Virus record (IMG/VR): IMGVR_UViG_3300005337_000441
Location: 151,769 to 215,768 of that record
Reading direction: 5' to 3' (one strand)
DNA length: 64,000 nucleotides
Shown here: positions 9,797-18,394 of the stretch, in pieces
How positions within the stretch are numbered: the stretch's first letter is position 1
How the letters are laid out: every line of letters begins with the position of its first letter
Made by a program: the position numbers and the translations under genes
Notes under the pieces: generated by a model
Database searches by the model: none
What the model was told of the DNA's origin: nothing
Seen by the model: the letters and a program-made list of their open reading frames with translations, nothing else

Positions 9797-11170
9797 ATGC
9801 CAATTGCTGGCCAAAAACCGACATCGGAACCGGAAGTCCGAGTTGAACTTCCCGCTGTCGAGCCAACAAACTACAAGTCGGTCATTTATGACGACAACAA
9901 CGTTCCTCTGCAATCGCTTCTCGCGTTCGTAGAAGGCGCTCCCTGGCCCGTAGACTACTACGCCCAGGTCAAGGCACAACACAACGATCTGCGTGACGTG
10001 GATCCCGGCCAGCAAGCCGTCTACCAACAGTACCAGAAGTTCGTGGGTCTGGAGATCCGCGTGGACCAGGCTCTGACCACGTCGTTCGATTCCAACTCCG
10101 CCAACTCCACGGTGACGGGCAGCGGCAACATGTATCCGTTCATGAAGGTGAACGTGGGGGATGTGTTCGTGACGGATGTGGCCGACAACAAGCGGGCCAT
10201 GTTCCGTTTGACGGAAGTCAGCCGCCGCACCTTCAACCGTGACAGTGCCTGGACCATCGAGTACACGATGATCGGTTACGTGGACGGCAGTGCCGACAAC
10301 CAAGCACAGTTCGCTGCGCTGGAGAACGGCACCATCCGTACGTACTACTTCAGCAAGGATCGCTTGCTGGAGGGTCTGCAGCCGTTCATCAAGAGCGAAG
10401 AGTACGCCAACGTCACCAACCTGCGTTCGGTCTACGAGGATCTGATCCAGTACTACTTCCAGAACATCTTCAACCTGAAGTACTCCACGCTCGTGGTGCC
10501 AGGTCAAGACTACGCGATCTACGACATGCATCTGGTCGAGTTCCTGATGAAAATCGTGGACACGGAAGATGCGGATCAGATCAAGCACGTCAAGCGCCTG
10601 ACTGCGGACAACGACATCTACCTGCAGCAACCCGACCTGTGGTCGATGCTGTACGAGCGTGACTACCCGCAGCGCTTGCGCTGCAACCAGGTCTTTGGCC
10701 TGGTGGGACGCAACTACTTCAACCGCAACACGTTCTTGACGGGGTTCCGTTACAGCAACGTGCAGTACCTGGTCTACCCCAACGATCCGGACACCTCGCT
10801 CAACATCGAGGGCACGTGCGGTGCCAAGCCGATCGACCTGCAAGAGATCATCAACACCACGCCGTTCAAGGGCCAGGATTACTCGGACGTGGACAACACG
10901 TACGTGGACGATCTGAAGTCCTACGACATCATCCACGAGGTGCTCTCGGACGACCGCTACGTTCTGTCTGCGGCGTTCTATGACGACACGGACGACAAGT
11001 CGCTGCTGGAGATCCTGGTGCGTGACTACATGAACAGAGCGGCGATCGATCTCCCCAAGCTCCTCGCCTGTTGCAACGTGTTCAAGAAGTGGAAACGCCT
11101 GGAGCAGTTCTACTACGGGCCGCTCCTGCTCACGCTGCTGCGTGAAGCCTACAGGGCTCAGTACACCTGA
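9797..11170 (+). CDS. Virion structural protein (gp99-like)
   Basis: LLAFVEGAPWPVDYY, NVGDVFV, LEQFYYGPLL motifs; gene order. Confidence 0.6.
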   Translation: MPIAGQKPTSEPEVRVELPAVEPTNYKSVIYDDNNVPLQSLLAFVEGAPWPVDYYAQVKAQHNDLRDVDPGQQAVYQQYQKFVGLEIRVDQALTTSFDSNSANSTVTGSGNMYPFMKVNVGDVFVTDVADNKRAMFRLTEVSRRTFNRDSAWTIEYTMIGYVDGSADNQAQFAALENGTIRTYYFSKDRLLEGLQPFIKSEEYANVTNLRSVYEDLIQYYFQNIFNLKYSTLVVPGQDYAIYDMHLVEFLMKIVDTEDADQIKHVKRLTADNDIYLQQPDLWSMLYERDYPQRLRCNQVFGLVGRNYFNRNTFLTGFRYSNVQYLVYPNDPDTSLNIEGTCGAKPIDLQEIINTTPFKGQDYSDVDNTYVDDLKSYDIIHEVLSDDRYVLSAAFYDDTDDKSLLEILVRDYMNRAAIDLPKLLACCNVFKKWKRLEQFYYGPLLLTLLREAYRAQYT

Positions 11171-11189
11171 AGCTACAAGGAGCCTCACC

Positions 11190-11873
11190 ATGCGTCAACG
11201 ACTCATGGCAGAAAAGCGCCGGCAAGAAGAAGCGCTCAAGAACGATACCACGCACGCGATCTGGGAATTGAAGTTCCATGTGAAAGTTCCTCAGCTCGCG
11301 GTGCGCGGCATCGAGATGATCCGCTTGCGCGGCACGCTCGTCTCCGGCGTCAAGGAAATTGACGATGACATCAAGAACCGGCTGATCTCCACGTACTGTT
11401 CGATCAACGAAATGATCGAGCTCTACCGCCAAGACATCCCGGTTCGCGTGACCAACGTTGCCGACACCAAGACGATCTACGAGCACATCACCACACACCT
11501 CGTGGCCTGGCGCGACCAGTTGAAACGTGGCGTGAACCTGGGTCGTGCTCCGATCGGTGACCTGATCCTCATGGATCGGTTTGCCACCACCGTCTACGCT
11601 TACGCCAAGTACCGTTTCCTGGAACAAGGCGACGAGCTCGACAGCCTGCTGGCACGTCACATCACCGGCATCATGGGTGTGTCCATGAACAACTTCTTCG
11701 ACACGAAGGCAATCGCCCGGATGAAGATGAAGGAAGTCGGCGAGAACGCCACCATCGACGAGCATGGCAACACGGTCATCAACGGCAACGATACGGTGAT
11801 CCCGGCTCGTGAGTCCTACTCGGAGTTCTTCGAAGAACGCCTCATCAACGGTTCATGGAGAGGAAAGAGATAA
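11190..11873 (+). CDS. Conserved phiKZ-like protein (gp100 position)
   Basis: AAGGAG SD; SINEMIELY, APIGDL motifs. Confidence 0.55.
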   Translation: MRQRLMAEKRRQEEALKNDTTHAIWELKFHVKVPQLAVRGIEMIRLRGTLVSGVKEIDDDIKNRLISTYCSINEMIELYRQDIPVRVTNVADTKTIYEHITTHLVAWRDQLKRGVNLGRAPIGDLILMDRFATTVYAYAKYRFLEQGDELDSLLARHITGIMGVSMNNFFDTKAIARMKMKEVGENATIDEHGNTVINGNDTVIPARESYSEFFEERLINGSWRGKR

Positions 11874-11876
11874 GAC

Positions 11877-13304
11877 ATGGCCAACAGCTATGAACTTGAG
11901 AGTTCACCGATTTGGATGGACGTCAAGAAAATCATTGGCTCCGGTAAGAAGCCAGTGAAATTCGAGTATCGGGGTCAACTGCACACCGAGAAGCAAGACA
12001 TCACGGTTCTCAAGATCAAATCGCTGGACGTCGTTCGTGACTACTGGCGCAAGATCGGAGACCTCGTCGAGATCATGTTCCAGATGCCACTGGGCGACTA
12101 CATGAACTTGCTCTATCCTTTTCGGACCAACCTGGAGTTCTCGATCAAGCGGATCGAGCTCACGGAAGGCTCCACTGAGAAGGAGCCCAACTCCAAAGTC
12201 TACGTCGAACGCTACAAGGCGGTTTTCCTCGTGGACAAGAATCCGGTGCCCGCCACAGCCGACCTGGAACAGTACGACAACGAATCGCTGAACAACGCGG
12301 ACATCGTGGACGTGCGTTTGCAACTGGTAGATCGCTCGCTCGAACCCCTGCGCATCAAGACCGCGTTCGGTGTGTTCCGTGACGTCACACAAAAGCAAGT
12401 CATCCGCACGGTGCTCGGTGGTGAATCCGCCAAGGTTCTCGTGGACGGCAAGCCTTCGATTGACGGCATCAACATCGTTGAGCCTGACAACCTGGAAGAA
12501 AAAGATCACATCATCTTCCGCAACGGTGTCTCTGTGCTCTCGGTGCCCACCTATCTCCAAGAAGAGATGGGCGGTGTGTACAGTACGGGGATCGGTACGT
12601 ATCTGCAGCGCTACAAGGAAAAGCGCCTGTGGTTCGTCTACCCGGTCTACGACACCAAGCGCTTCGACAAGACGCCTGACGACAAACTCATCGTCTATGC
12701 CTTGCCCCAGGACAAGTACCCGGGGTTGGATCGCACCTACAACAAGGACGGAGCGGTCGTGATGGTGGTGGCTACCTCTGGCCGTCGCTATCAGGACAGT
12801 GCAGACGTGGACTTCATGAACAAGGGGGTGGGTTTCCGCATGGCGGAGGCTCGATCCTTCATGAAGAAACCCGTGGTCCTGAAGGAAGGCGAAGGTGCCA
12901 AGGGTGTGCGGGTGAAGCTCAACCATGAGTCAGGCACGGAAGACCGGGAAGACGGTCTGAATTATGCCCCGACCGTGGAGACGTCTGCCAATCCGTTCAC
13001 GGAGTACAGCCGCGTGCTCGGGATGCAAGTCGCCCAGGTGGACTTCCTGTGGGAGAACTCCAACCCTGAGCTGCTGTACCCCGGCATGCCTGTGAAGTAC
13101 GTGTTCCTGGACAACAACAAGCCCGTGGAACTCAAGGGGACGGTCGTGTTCGTTCACACCCTCACCGCTTTACAGGCTCAAGGCACCAACTCCAACGTCT
13201 ACAAGAACATCTCGACAGTGACGCTGCTCGTCGAACAAGTCTCCGTGGAGGCAAAGTTCAAGAACCGCCCACTGCCTCCGGCCAAACCCTATGCAAAGTT
13301 CTAG
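11877..13304 (+). CDS. Virion tail/baseplate structural protein (gp101-like)
   Basis: GVYSTGIGTY, WFVYPVY, WENSNPELLYPGMPVK motifs. Confidence 0.6.
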   Translation: MANSYELESSPIWMDVKKIIGSGKKPVKFEYRGQLHTEKQDITVLKIKSLDVVRDYWRKIGDLVEIMFQMPLGDYMNLLYPFRTNLEFSIKRIELTEGSTEKEPNSKVYVERYKAVFLVDKNPVPATADLEQYDNESLNNADIVDVRLQLVDRSLEPLRIKTAFGVFRDVTQKQVIRTVLGGESAKVLVDGKPSIDGINIVEPDNLEEKDHIIFRNGVSVLSVPTYLQEEMGGVYSTGIGTYLQRYKEKRLWFVYPVYDTKRFDKTPDDKLIVYALPQDKYPGLDRTYNKDGAVVMVVATSGRRYQDSADVDFMNKGVGFRMAEARSFMKKPVVLKEGEGAKGVRVKLNHESGTEDREDGLNYAPTVETSANPFTEYSRVLGMQVAQVDFLWENSNPELLYPGMPVKYVFLDNNKPVELKGTVVFVHTLTALQAQGTNSNVYKNISTVTLLVEQVSVEAKFKNRPLPPAKPYAKF

Positions 13305-13620
13305 CAACCTCTACCAAGCTCTTCTGAAGTTCCTGTCACGTTTCACGGATAGGAAGATCCCCGGACCCAAGGGGGTGAGCACGGACGACAACCTCGTCCT
13401 CAGTAGCAACCCTACTGCGGAACAGATCGAAAAAGCTCAACGTCAGACCAAGGCCGTCTACCGTCTGCGAGACCCCGATGAAGTCGGGGGCTTTGAGATG
13501 GACGGCCAGGTCATCCGGGGTGACAAGTCCCTCATCAAGGTTCGCCACACACGCACGCAAGAGATCCTCCTCATGCCCAAGCGTACGTGGGAACTCCTCT
13601 TCGAAAAGGAAAAACCGTGA
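13291..13620 (+). CDS. Hypothetical protein
   Basis: 109-aa ORF overlapping both neighbours. Confidence 0.5.
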   Translation: MQSSSNLYQALLKFLSRFTDRKIPGPKGVSTDDNLVLSSNPTAEQIEKAQRQTKAVYRLRDPDEVGGFEMDGQVIRGDKSLIKVRHTRTQEILLMPKRTWELLFEKEKP

Positions 13621-14930
13621 TCACGATCGACATTGAAGAAGACGCGCTGAAAGTGGTCGGCTCCGACGAGCAAGGCGGCGTCTGGTCTCCGTCGGACACG
13701 TTCGACAAGGAAGACCATTCCATCGTTGGCGAGTACAAGCGCCAGCAATGGGAGATCAGCGACGGCCTCACGCAGATCGAACAGATCACCGCGCTGGAAG
13801 ACATCTTCACCGAAGCCGGTGACGACATCTCCGAGCAAGCCGAGCAGATGCTGCAGGTGACGTTGGAGTCCATCGCCACCCGTCTCGGCCTGGAGCGTCC
13901 TGCCAAGCCGGCGCTGGAGTCTTTCAAGACCAAGCACGTGGCACTGGAAGGTCTGGGTGGCTACCTCAAGCAGATCTGGGAGCGCATCGTCGAGATGTTC
14001 AAGAAGATGTGCAAGGCCGTGCACGACTGGGTCGGCAAGATGGTCGGCAAGGAAAATGCCGCTCACGTCGACAAGGTCAAGCGTGAAGGCAAGGAGATTG
14101 CCAAGAGCGCTCCGGCAGCTCCGAAGCTCACGCAAGTGGGCAATGGCGCGGTCCAACACTTCAAACACCTGGGCAACAACTTCGACATCAAGGCACTCAA
14201 CCGTGACCTCGCCGCACTGCATGCTTCCGTGAAGGCGGCTCACGGTTTTGACAAGGTGATCGGTGAAGTGCTCGGCCTTCTGAACAAGCTGGTCGAAGAA
14301 CGCATCGAAGGGGAAACGGATCTGGACCCCAGCGCCATCGACGCGGTCTTTGCGCCGCTGAACGCCTACACGTCGGCACACTTCCCCACGCTCACCGACC
14401 GTGCCCACTACAGCGTCGGCATCGAGGCAGCCATGCGCAACGCGTTCCCTCACGACTCGGTGCGGGTACAACACTGCCTGGCGCTCCGAGGTCTGGCTTC
14501 GGGCATTGCCTTCTTGGCACTGGAACACAACCATCCGACGGTGCCGGTCAAGTACGTCTACGACCTGCAACATCCCAACTACAGCGACAAGCTCTCCGAC
14601 ACCTTCACCGCCATGGTGCCGGACGTCGGTTCGCTCCAGACCTACGCGGGCATGATCGAGAAGGTCGGCAACGACTTTGACCACGCCGCAGACAACGCGC
14701 AAGACACCATCGGCCAAGACAAGTACGTCAAGAACATGGAGCGCATCCGTGATCTGGTCGGCAAGAAGAAGAGCCCCTGGCTCAGCGCGGCGCCGGCCAT
14801 GTACCGTCAGGTGCATGAACTGCAAAGCGCTGCACTGCGACTCCTTCAAGGACTGAGTTCCTCGATTCACTCCCACTGGGGCATGTACGAGATCTTCATC
14901 AAGCAGTACAGGGTCGAAAAGACCAGCTAA
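13617..14930 (+). CDS. Internal head protein paralog (phiKZ_IP-like)
   Basis: VTLESIATRLG...PALESF...VALEG...QIWERIVEMF; GTG start overlaps upstream stop. Confidence 0.7.
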   Translation: MITIDIEEDALKVVGSDEQGGVWSPSDTFDKEDHSIVGEYKRQQWEISDGLTQIEQITALEDIFTEAGDDISEQAEQMLQVTLESIATRLGLERPAKPALESFKTKHVALEGLGGYLKQIWERIVEMFKKMCKAVHDWVGKMVGKENAAHVDKVKREGKEIAKSAPAAPKLTQVGNGAVQHFKHLGNNFDIKALNRDLAALHASVKAAHGFDKVIGEVLGLLNKLVEERIEGETDLDPSAIDAVFAPLNAYTSAHFPTLTDRAHYSVGIEAAMRNAFPHDSVRVQHCLALRGLASGIAFLALEHNHPTVPVKYVYDLQHPNYSDKLSDTFTAMVPDVGSLQTYAGMIEKVGNDFDHAADNAQDTIGQDKYVKNMERIRDLVGKKKSPWLSAAPAMYRQVHELQSAALRLLQGLSSSIHSHWGMYEIFIKQYRVEKTS

Positions 14931-14936
14931 GCGCAC

Positions 14937-14976
14937 ACAGGAGGGGGCCTTCGGGCTCCCTCCTGTTTATGCCGTC
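14937..14976 (+). terminator. Terminator hairpin with TATGCCGTC box
   Basis: caggagggggcc-ttcg-ggctccctcctg then tttatgccgtc. Confidence 0.75.
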
Positions 14977-15027
14977 TACTTTTCTTTTCCAAAATCCTCT
15001 GGTGAAAGCTCTTCTGGAGTGTGTCCA

Positions 15028-15471
15028 ATGCCTAAGGCAAAAATGACCGAGCGCGAGTTCCTCATCAGTCTCGCTCTCAAGAATTACAACCAGCAGTTCG
15101 GAAAAGACTTCAGAGTCGAGGACTGCGATATCAAATCTCTCGACACCCGTGTGAACTACGATCTCAGTTATGAGGTCTGGACCAACCGGGTAGATGACTT
15201 CTTGCGCATGCGCATGCACTTGCTCCTCAGTCATGGGGATGGCCTGGGCAAGTACCGACTGGAAACAGACGGCACGCAAGACGTTGGTGGTCTCACCGAC
15301 GAAGTGTTCGTGGCCTTGGGGCGGGTGGACCGCTACTACAAGGATGCGGGCATCTACAAGTTCCACCCCATCCTTCCCGACAATGCGCTCCTTCCTTACA
15401 TCCTTGGCGAGGATTATGACCCGATCCTCGACGAGGCCGGGGAACCCCTCTTTACCGAAAACGGAACCTGA
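15028..15471 (+). CDS. Hypothetical protein, probably virion-associated
   Basis: C-terminal ILGEDYDPILDEAGEPLFTE motif; late-type motif upstream. Confidence 0.5.
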   Translation: MPKAKMTEREFLISLALKNYNQQFGKDFRVEDCDIKSLDTRVNYDLSYEVWTNRVDDFLRMRMHLLLSHGDGLGKYRLETDGTQDVGGLTDEVFVALGRVDRYYKDAGIYKFHPILPDNALLPYILGEDYDPILDEAGEPLFTENGT

Positions 15472-15481
15472 GGCAGACGAC

Positions 15482-16006
15482 ATGCTGACGGACCAACTCA
15501 AACAGGACATCCGTCAGTTCGTCACCGAGCTGTTGGATCAACACAATCCCCCGGTCCGCAAAGAGGATCAGCAGTCCTATGTCGAATCCCTCCAGTTCTC
15601 GCTGGCCGGGAAATCTGAAAAAGGTCACCAGCATGTCCACGCGGACATCAAGGACCGCTTCCCGTCTCTGGCCTTGATCGTCAGACGAGAAGGTGAAAAC
15701 ATCGTCATGGAAGTGACGGTCTCCAAAGTGCGAGGCTACTGCATGGGCGGAGCACTCATCGGGGTCATGGCTCAGTCCTTGAATCCGGAGAATGCTTCCA
15801 AGCCAATGCACACCGACTCGCGGCAGTTCATCAACGGTGAGTTGCTCTACAAGTTCACGCTACCCGACAACGTGAGAAACGCCATGCCAATCAAAGTGTT
15901 GGCTTTCATGCGGGATCTCAATGACCCCGAGGTGGACGTCCGTACGGACGTTCGAATTTTGAGTGTTGGGAAGTTACAGGGAAGCATCAATGAGCAAACT
16001 CTCTGA
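15482..16006 (+). CDS. Hypothetical protein
   Basis: GAGG SD and ATG 15482 within the longer track ORF. Confidence 0.5.
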   Translation: MLTDQLKQDIRQFVTELLDQHNPPVRKEDQQSYVESLQFSLAGKSEKGHQHVHADIKDRFPSLALIVRREGENIVMEVTVSKVRGYCMGGALIGVMAQSLNPENASKPMHTDSRQFINGELLYKFTLPDNVRNAMPIKVLAFMRDLNDPEVDVRTDVRILSVGKLQGSINEQTL

Positions 16007-16478
16007 TTTGCGTACGGGTGACGTCTTGGCTTGGAAGCGCGACAAGCGCAGCAAGATGAGCAATCTGTTCATCCGAGTCATCCGTTACTTCACGGGCGGA
16101 GAATATGGCCATGTGGGCATCGTCATTCGACTGGCCGGTTGGGCTTTTGTACTGGAGGCATCGTTGCCTCTGGTGCGTCTGTCGCTGGTGCGCCCGATGG
16201 AAGAGATCTGGCACATCCCTCTGCCCCGACGTCCCGACGAGTCCGTGATCGCACAGTACATCAACCTGGTCGGACTGAACTATTCGATCATCGACGCCTT
16301 GCGAGCGGTGTTCGGTAAGGTCAGCAAGAAGGATGACAAGTGGCAGTGTGCTGAGGTCATCATCGAGTACTGCAAGAGCATGGACTACCATCTGCCGGAG
16401 TGTGACTACACCCCCGATGCGGTGGTCAAGGCTCTTTGCAACCACTTCGTGGTGATTCCGGAACTGGTCGAGGAATAA
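15990..16478 (+). CDS. Permuted papain-like amidase (YiiX/YaeF, permuted NlpC/P60)
   Basis: LRTGDVL...YGHVGIV...LEA...VGLNYS...WQCAEVI...TP; His precedes Cys as in permuted enzymes. Confidence 0.75.
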   Translation: MSKLSDLRTGDVLAWKRDKRSKMSNLFIRVIRYFTGGEYGHVGIVIRLAGWAFVLEASLPLVRLSLVRPMEEIWHIPLPRRPDESVIAQYINLVGLNYSIIDALRAVFGKVSKKDDKWQCAEVIIEYCKSMDYHLPECDYTPDAVVKALCNHFVVIPELVEE

Positions 16479-16547
16479 AACACCGAATCCTTTGGTGTAA
16501 CCCATCCTCTTGTTTTCGGGTGCACATTCATCACAACGAGGTAATTC

Positions 16548-17114
16548 ATGGCTCAGTTGCGCATCGAACGCGTAAATTCGTTGCCGGCGACCTTGGAACC
16601 GTCAACCCTGTACTACGTGAAGTCCTCAGACGCTGGTCTGGTGGATCTGTACGTGACAGGCAACGATGCCTCCGAAGTCCGACACCTCATCACGAAGGCT
16701 GAAATCCAGTCCTTGATCGCTTCGGCGGTCTCGGGTATGGCTGGTGCCATCGTGGTGGTGCAGGACATCGAGGAGCGCGACGCTCTGACCTTGACGGCCT
16801 CGACTATGGTCTTGGTCCTCGATGCCACGAGCGACGAGACGGTCCAAACAGGTTCGGCACTCTACGTCTGGGACGACTCCACGGGAACGTGGTACAAGGT
16901 CGCCGAGTACGAGTCTCTCGATCTCAGCCTCGACTGGGGCTCCATCCAGGGTGGACCTGCGTCCAGCCCGTCTGCAATTGACGACGCCGTGGCGAAGTCG
17001 CATACACACAGCAACAAACCCATCCTCGACGGCCTCGGTGTCGACGAAGAAGGGTCCCTGACTTACAACAGCGCAGTGATCGCCAACGTGAAGGCAGCCC
17101 CTTCGGACTGGTGA
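16548..17114 (+). CDS. Tail-fibre-associated virion protein
   Basis: N-terminal domain shared with the next two genes; HTH motif; ends in SDW. Confidence 0.6.
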   Translation: MAQLRIERVNSLPATLEPSTLYYVKSSDAGLVDLYVTGNDASEVRHLITKAEIQSLIASAVSGMAGAIVVVQDIEERDALTLTASTMVLVLDATSDETVQTGSALYVWDDSTGTWYKVAEYESLDLSLDWGSIQGGPASSPSAIDDAVAKSHTHSNKPILDGLGVDEEGSLTYNSAVIANVKAAPSDW

Positions 17115-17240
17115 CCTCTGCTTCCGAATGAAGAATTTGGTGCGTTTCAACGTTGACGCATCTGTCTTCAGCCCTTCTACGGTGCACGCCGTGGAAGATC
17201 TCCCCTCGTGCCTCCTCTTCTCTTCACTGGAGCCTTTCTC

Positions 17241-18296
17241 ATGGCAACTTTGCTGATCAAACGCGTCCTGGCGCTGCCCTCGACCCTGGACGCTTCCACG
17301 ATGTACATCGTGAAGTCCTCGGACGCGAACTTCGCCGAGCTGTACTTCACGAACGAAGACGGCTCCGCCGTCCGTCGCATCCCCACCACCGACGACACGA
17401 CCGCGCTCATCAACTCGATGCTGCCGGAAACGATCGACCGCCTGACCAGCGCCCGCCACATCACCATCGAAGGCGATGCGAGCTGGGACGTCATCTTCGA
17501 CGGCTCTTCCGACGTCACCGCCAACCTCGTGCTGGCCGACACGGGCATCGTCGCCGGCGAATACGTCGTCACGACCGTCGACTCCAAGGGTCGCACCACC
17601 GGTGGCCGCAACCTGAATGCCTCCGACGTCCCGAACCTGCCCGGTTCGAAGATCGTCAGCGACATCACCGTCAACACCTCCGGCAATGCCGCCACGGCCG
17701 ATGAAGCCGACAAGCTGTCCACCGCCCGCCTGATCAACGGCGTCGCCTTCGACGGCACGTCCGACATCACCATCGACGCCGTCGACTCGACCCCCCGCAT
17801 CGCGGTGAGCGAGAAGGGTGCTCCGCTGGGTGTCGCCACGCTGGACGCCGATGGCCTGGTTCCCGCCAGCCAACTGCCTTCCTACGTCGATGACGTCATC
17901 GAAGTCGCCAACTTCGCTGCCCTGCCGGCGACCGGCGAAGCCAGCAAGATCTACATCACGCTGGACAACAACAAGACCTACCGCTGGGGTGGCTCGGTCT
18001 ACGTCGAGATCCCGTCGGGCGTCGGCACCGCTGACAGCGCCCTGAAGCTGACGACCGCTCGCTCCATCACCGTCACCGGTGACGCCAGCTGGACGGTCTC
18101 CTTCGACGGCTCCGCCAACGTCTCGGCCGCTCTGACGCTGGCCAACAGCGGCGTGACCGCCGGCGAATACCCGGTCGTGACCGTGGACGCCAAGGGCCGC
18201 GTGACCGATGGCCGCGCTCTGGCTCTGGGTGACCTGCCTTCCGGCATCCACGCTGCGACGGCCGACTCGCTGACGCTCGGCGCTTCCGAGTGGTAA
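17241..18296 (+). CDS. Tail fibre / fibre-like virion protein
   Basis: KLxTARxINGVAFDGT and G(V/I)xAGEYxVVTVDxKGR fibre repeats; GVATLD...VPASQLPSYVDDV. Confidence 0.75.
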   Translation: MATLLIKRVLALPSTLDASTMYIVKSSDANFAELYFTNEDGSAVRRIPTTDDTTALINSMLPETIDRLTSARHITIEGDASWDVIFDGSSDVTANLVLADTGIVAGEYVVTTVDSKGRTTGGRNLNASDVPNLPGSKIVSDITVNTSGNAATADEADKLSTARLINGVAFDGTSDITIDAVDSTPRIAVSEKGAPLGVATLDADGLVPASQLPSYVDDVIEVANFAALPATGEASKIYITLDNNKTYRWGGSVYVEIPSGVGTADSALKLTTARSITVTGDASWTVSFDGSANVSAALTLANSGVTAGEYPVVTVDAKGRVTDGRALALGDLPSGIHAATADSLTLGASEW

Positions 18297-18323
18297 TCCG
18301 TTCAGTCCCTGGACGGTGAGATG

Positions 18324-18352
18324 AAAGGGCCCCGTGAAAGCGGGGTCCTTTT
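18324..18352 (+). terminator. Intrinsic terminator
   Basis: aagggcccc-gtgaaagc-ggggtcctt then tt. Confidence 0.7.
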
Positions 18353-18394
18353 CTCCATTACCGCTTCTCGTGTACTGAATCAAGGATTCTCCAG

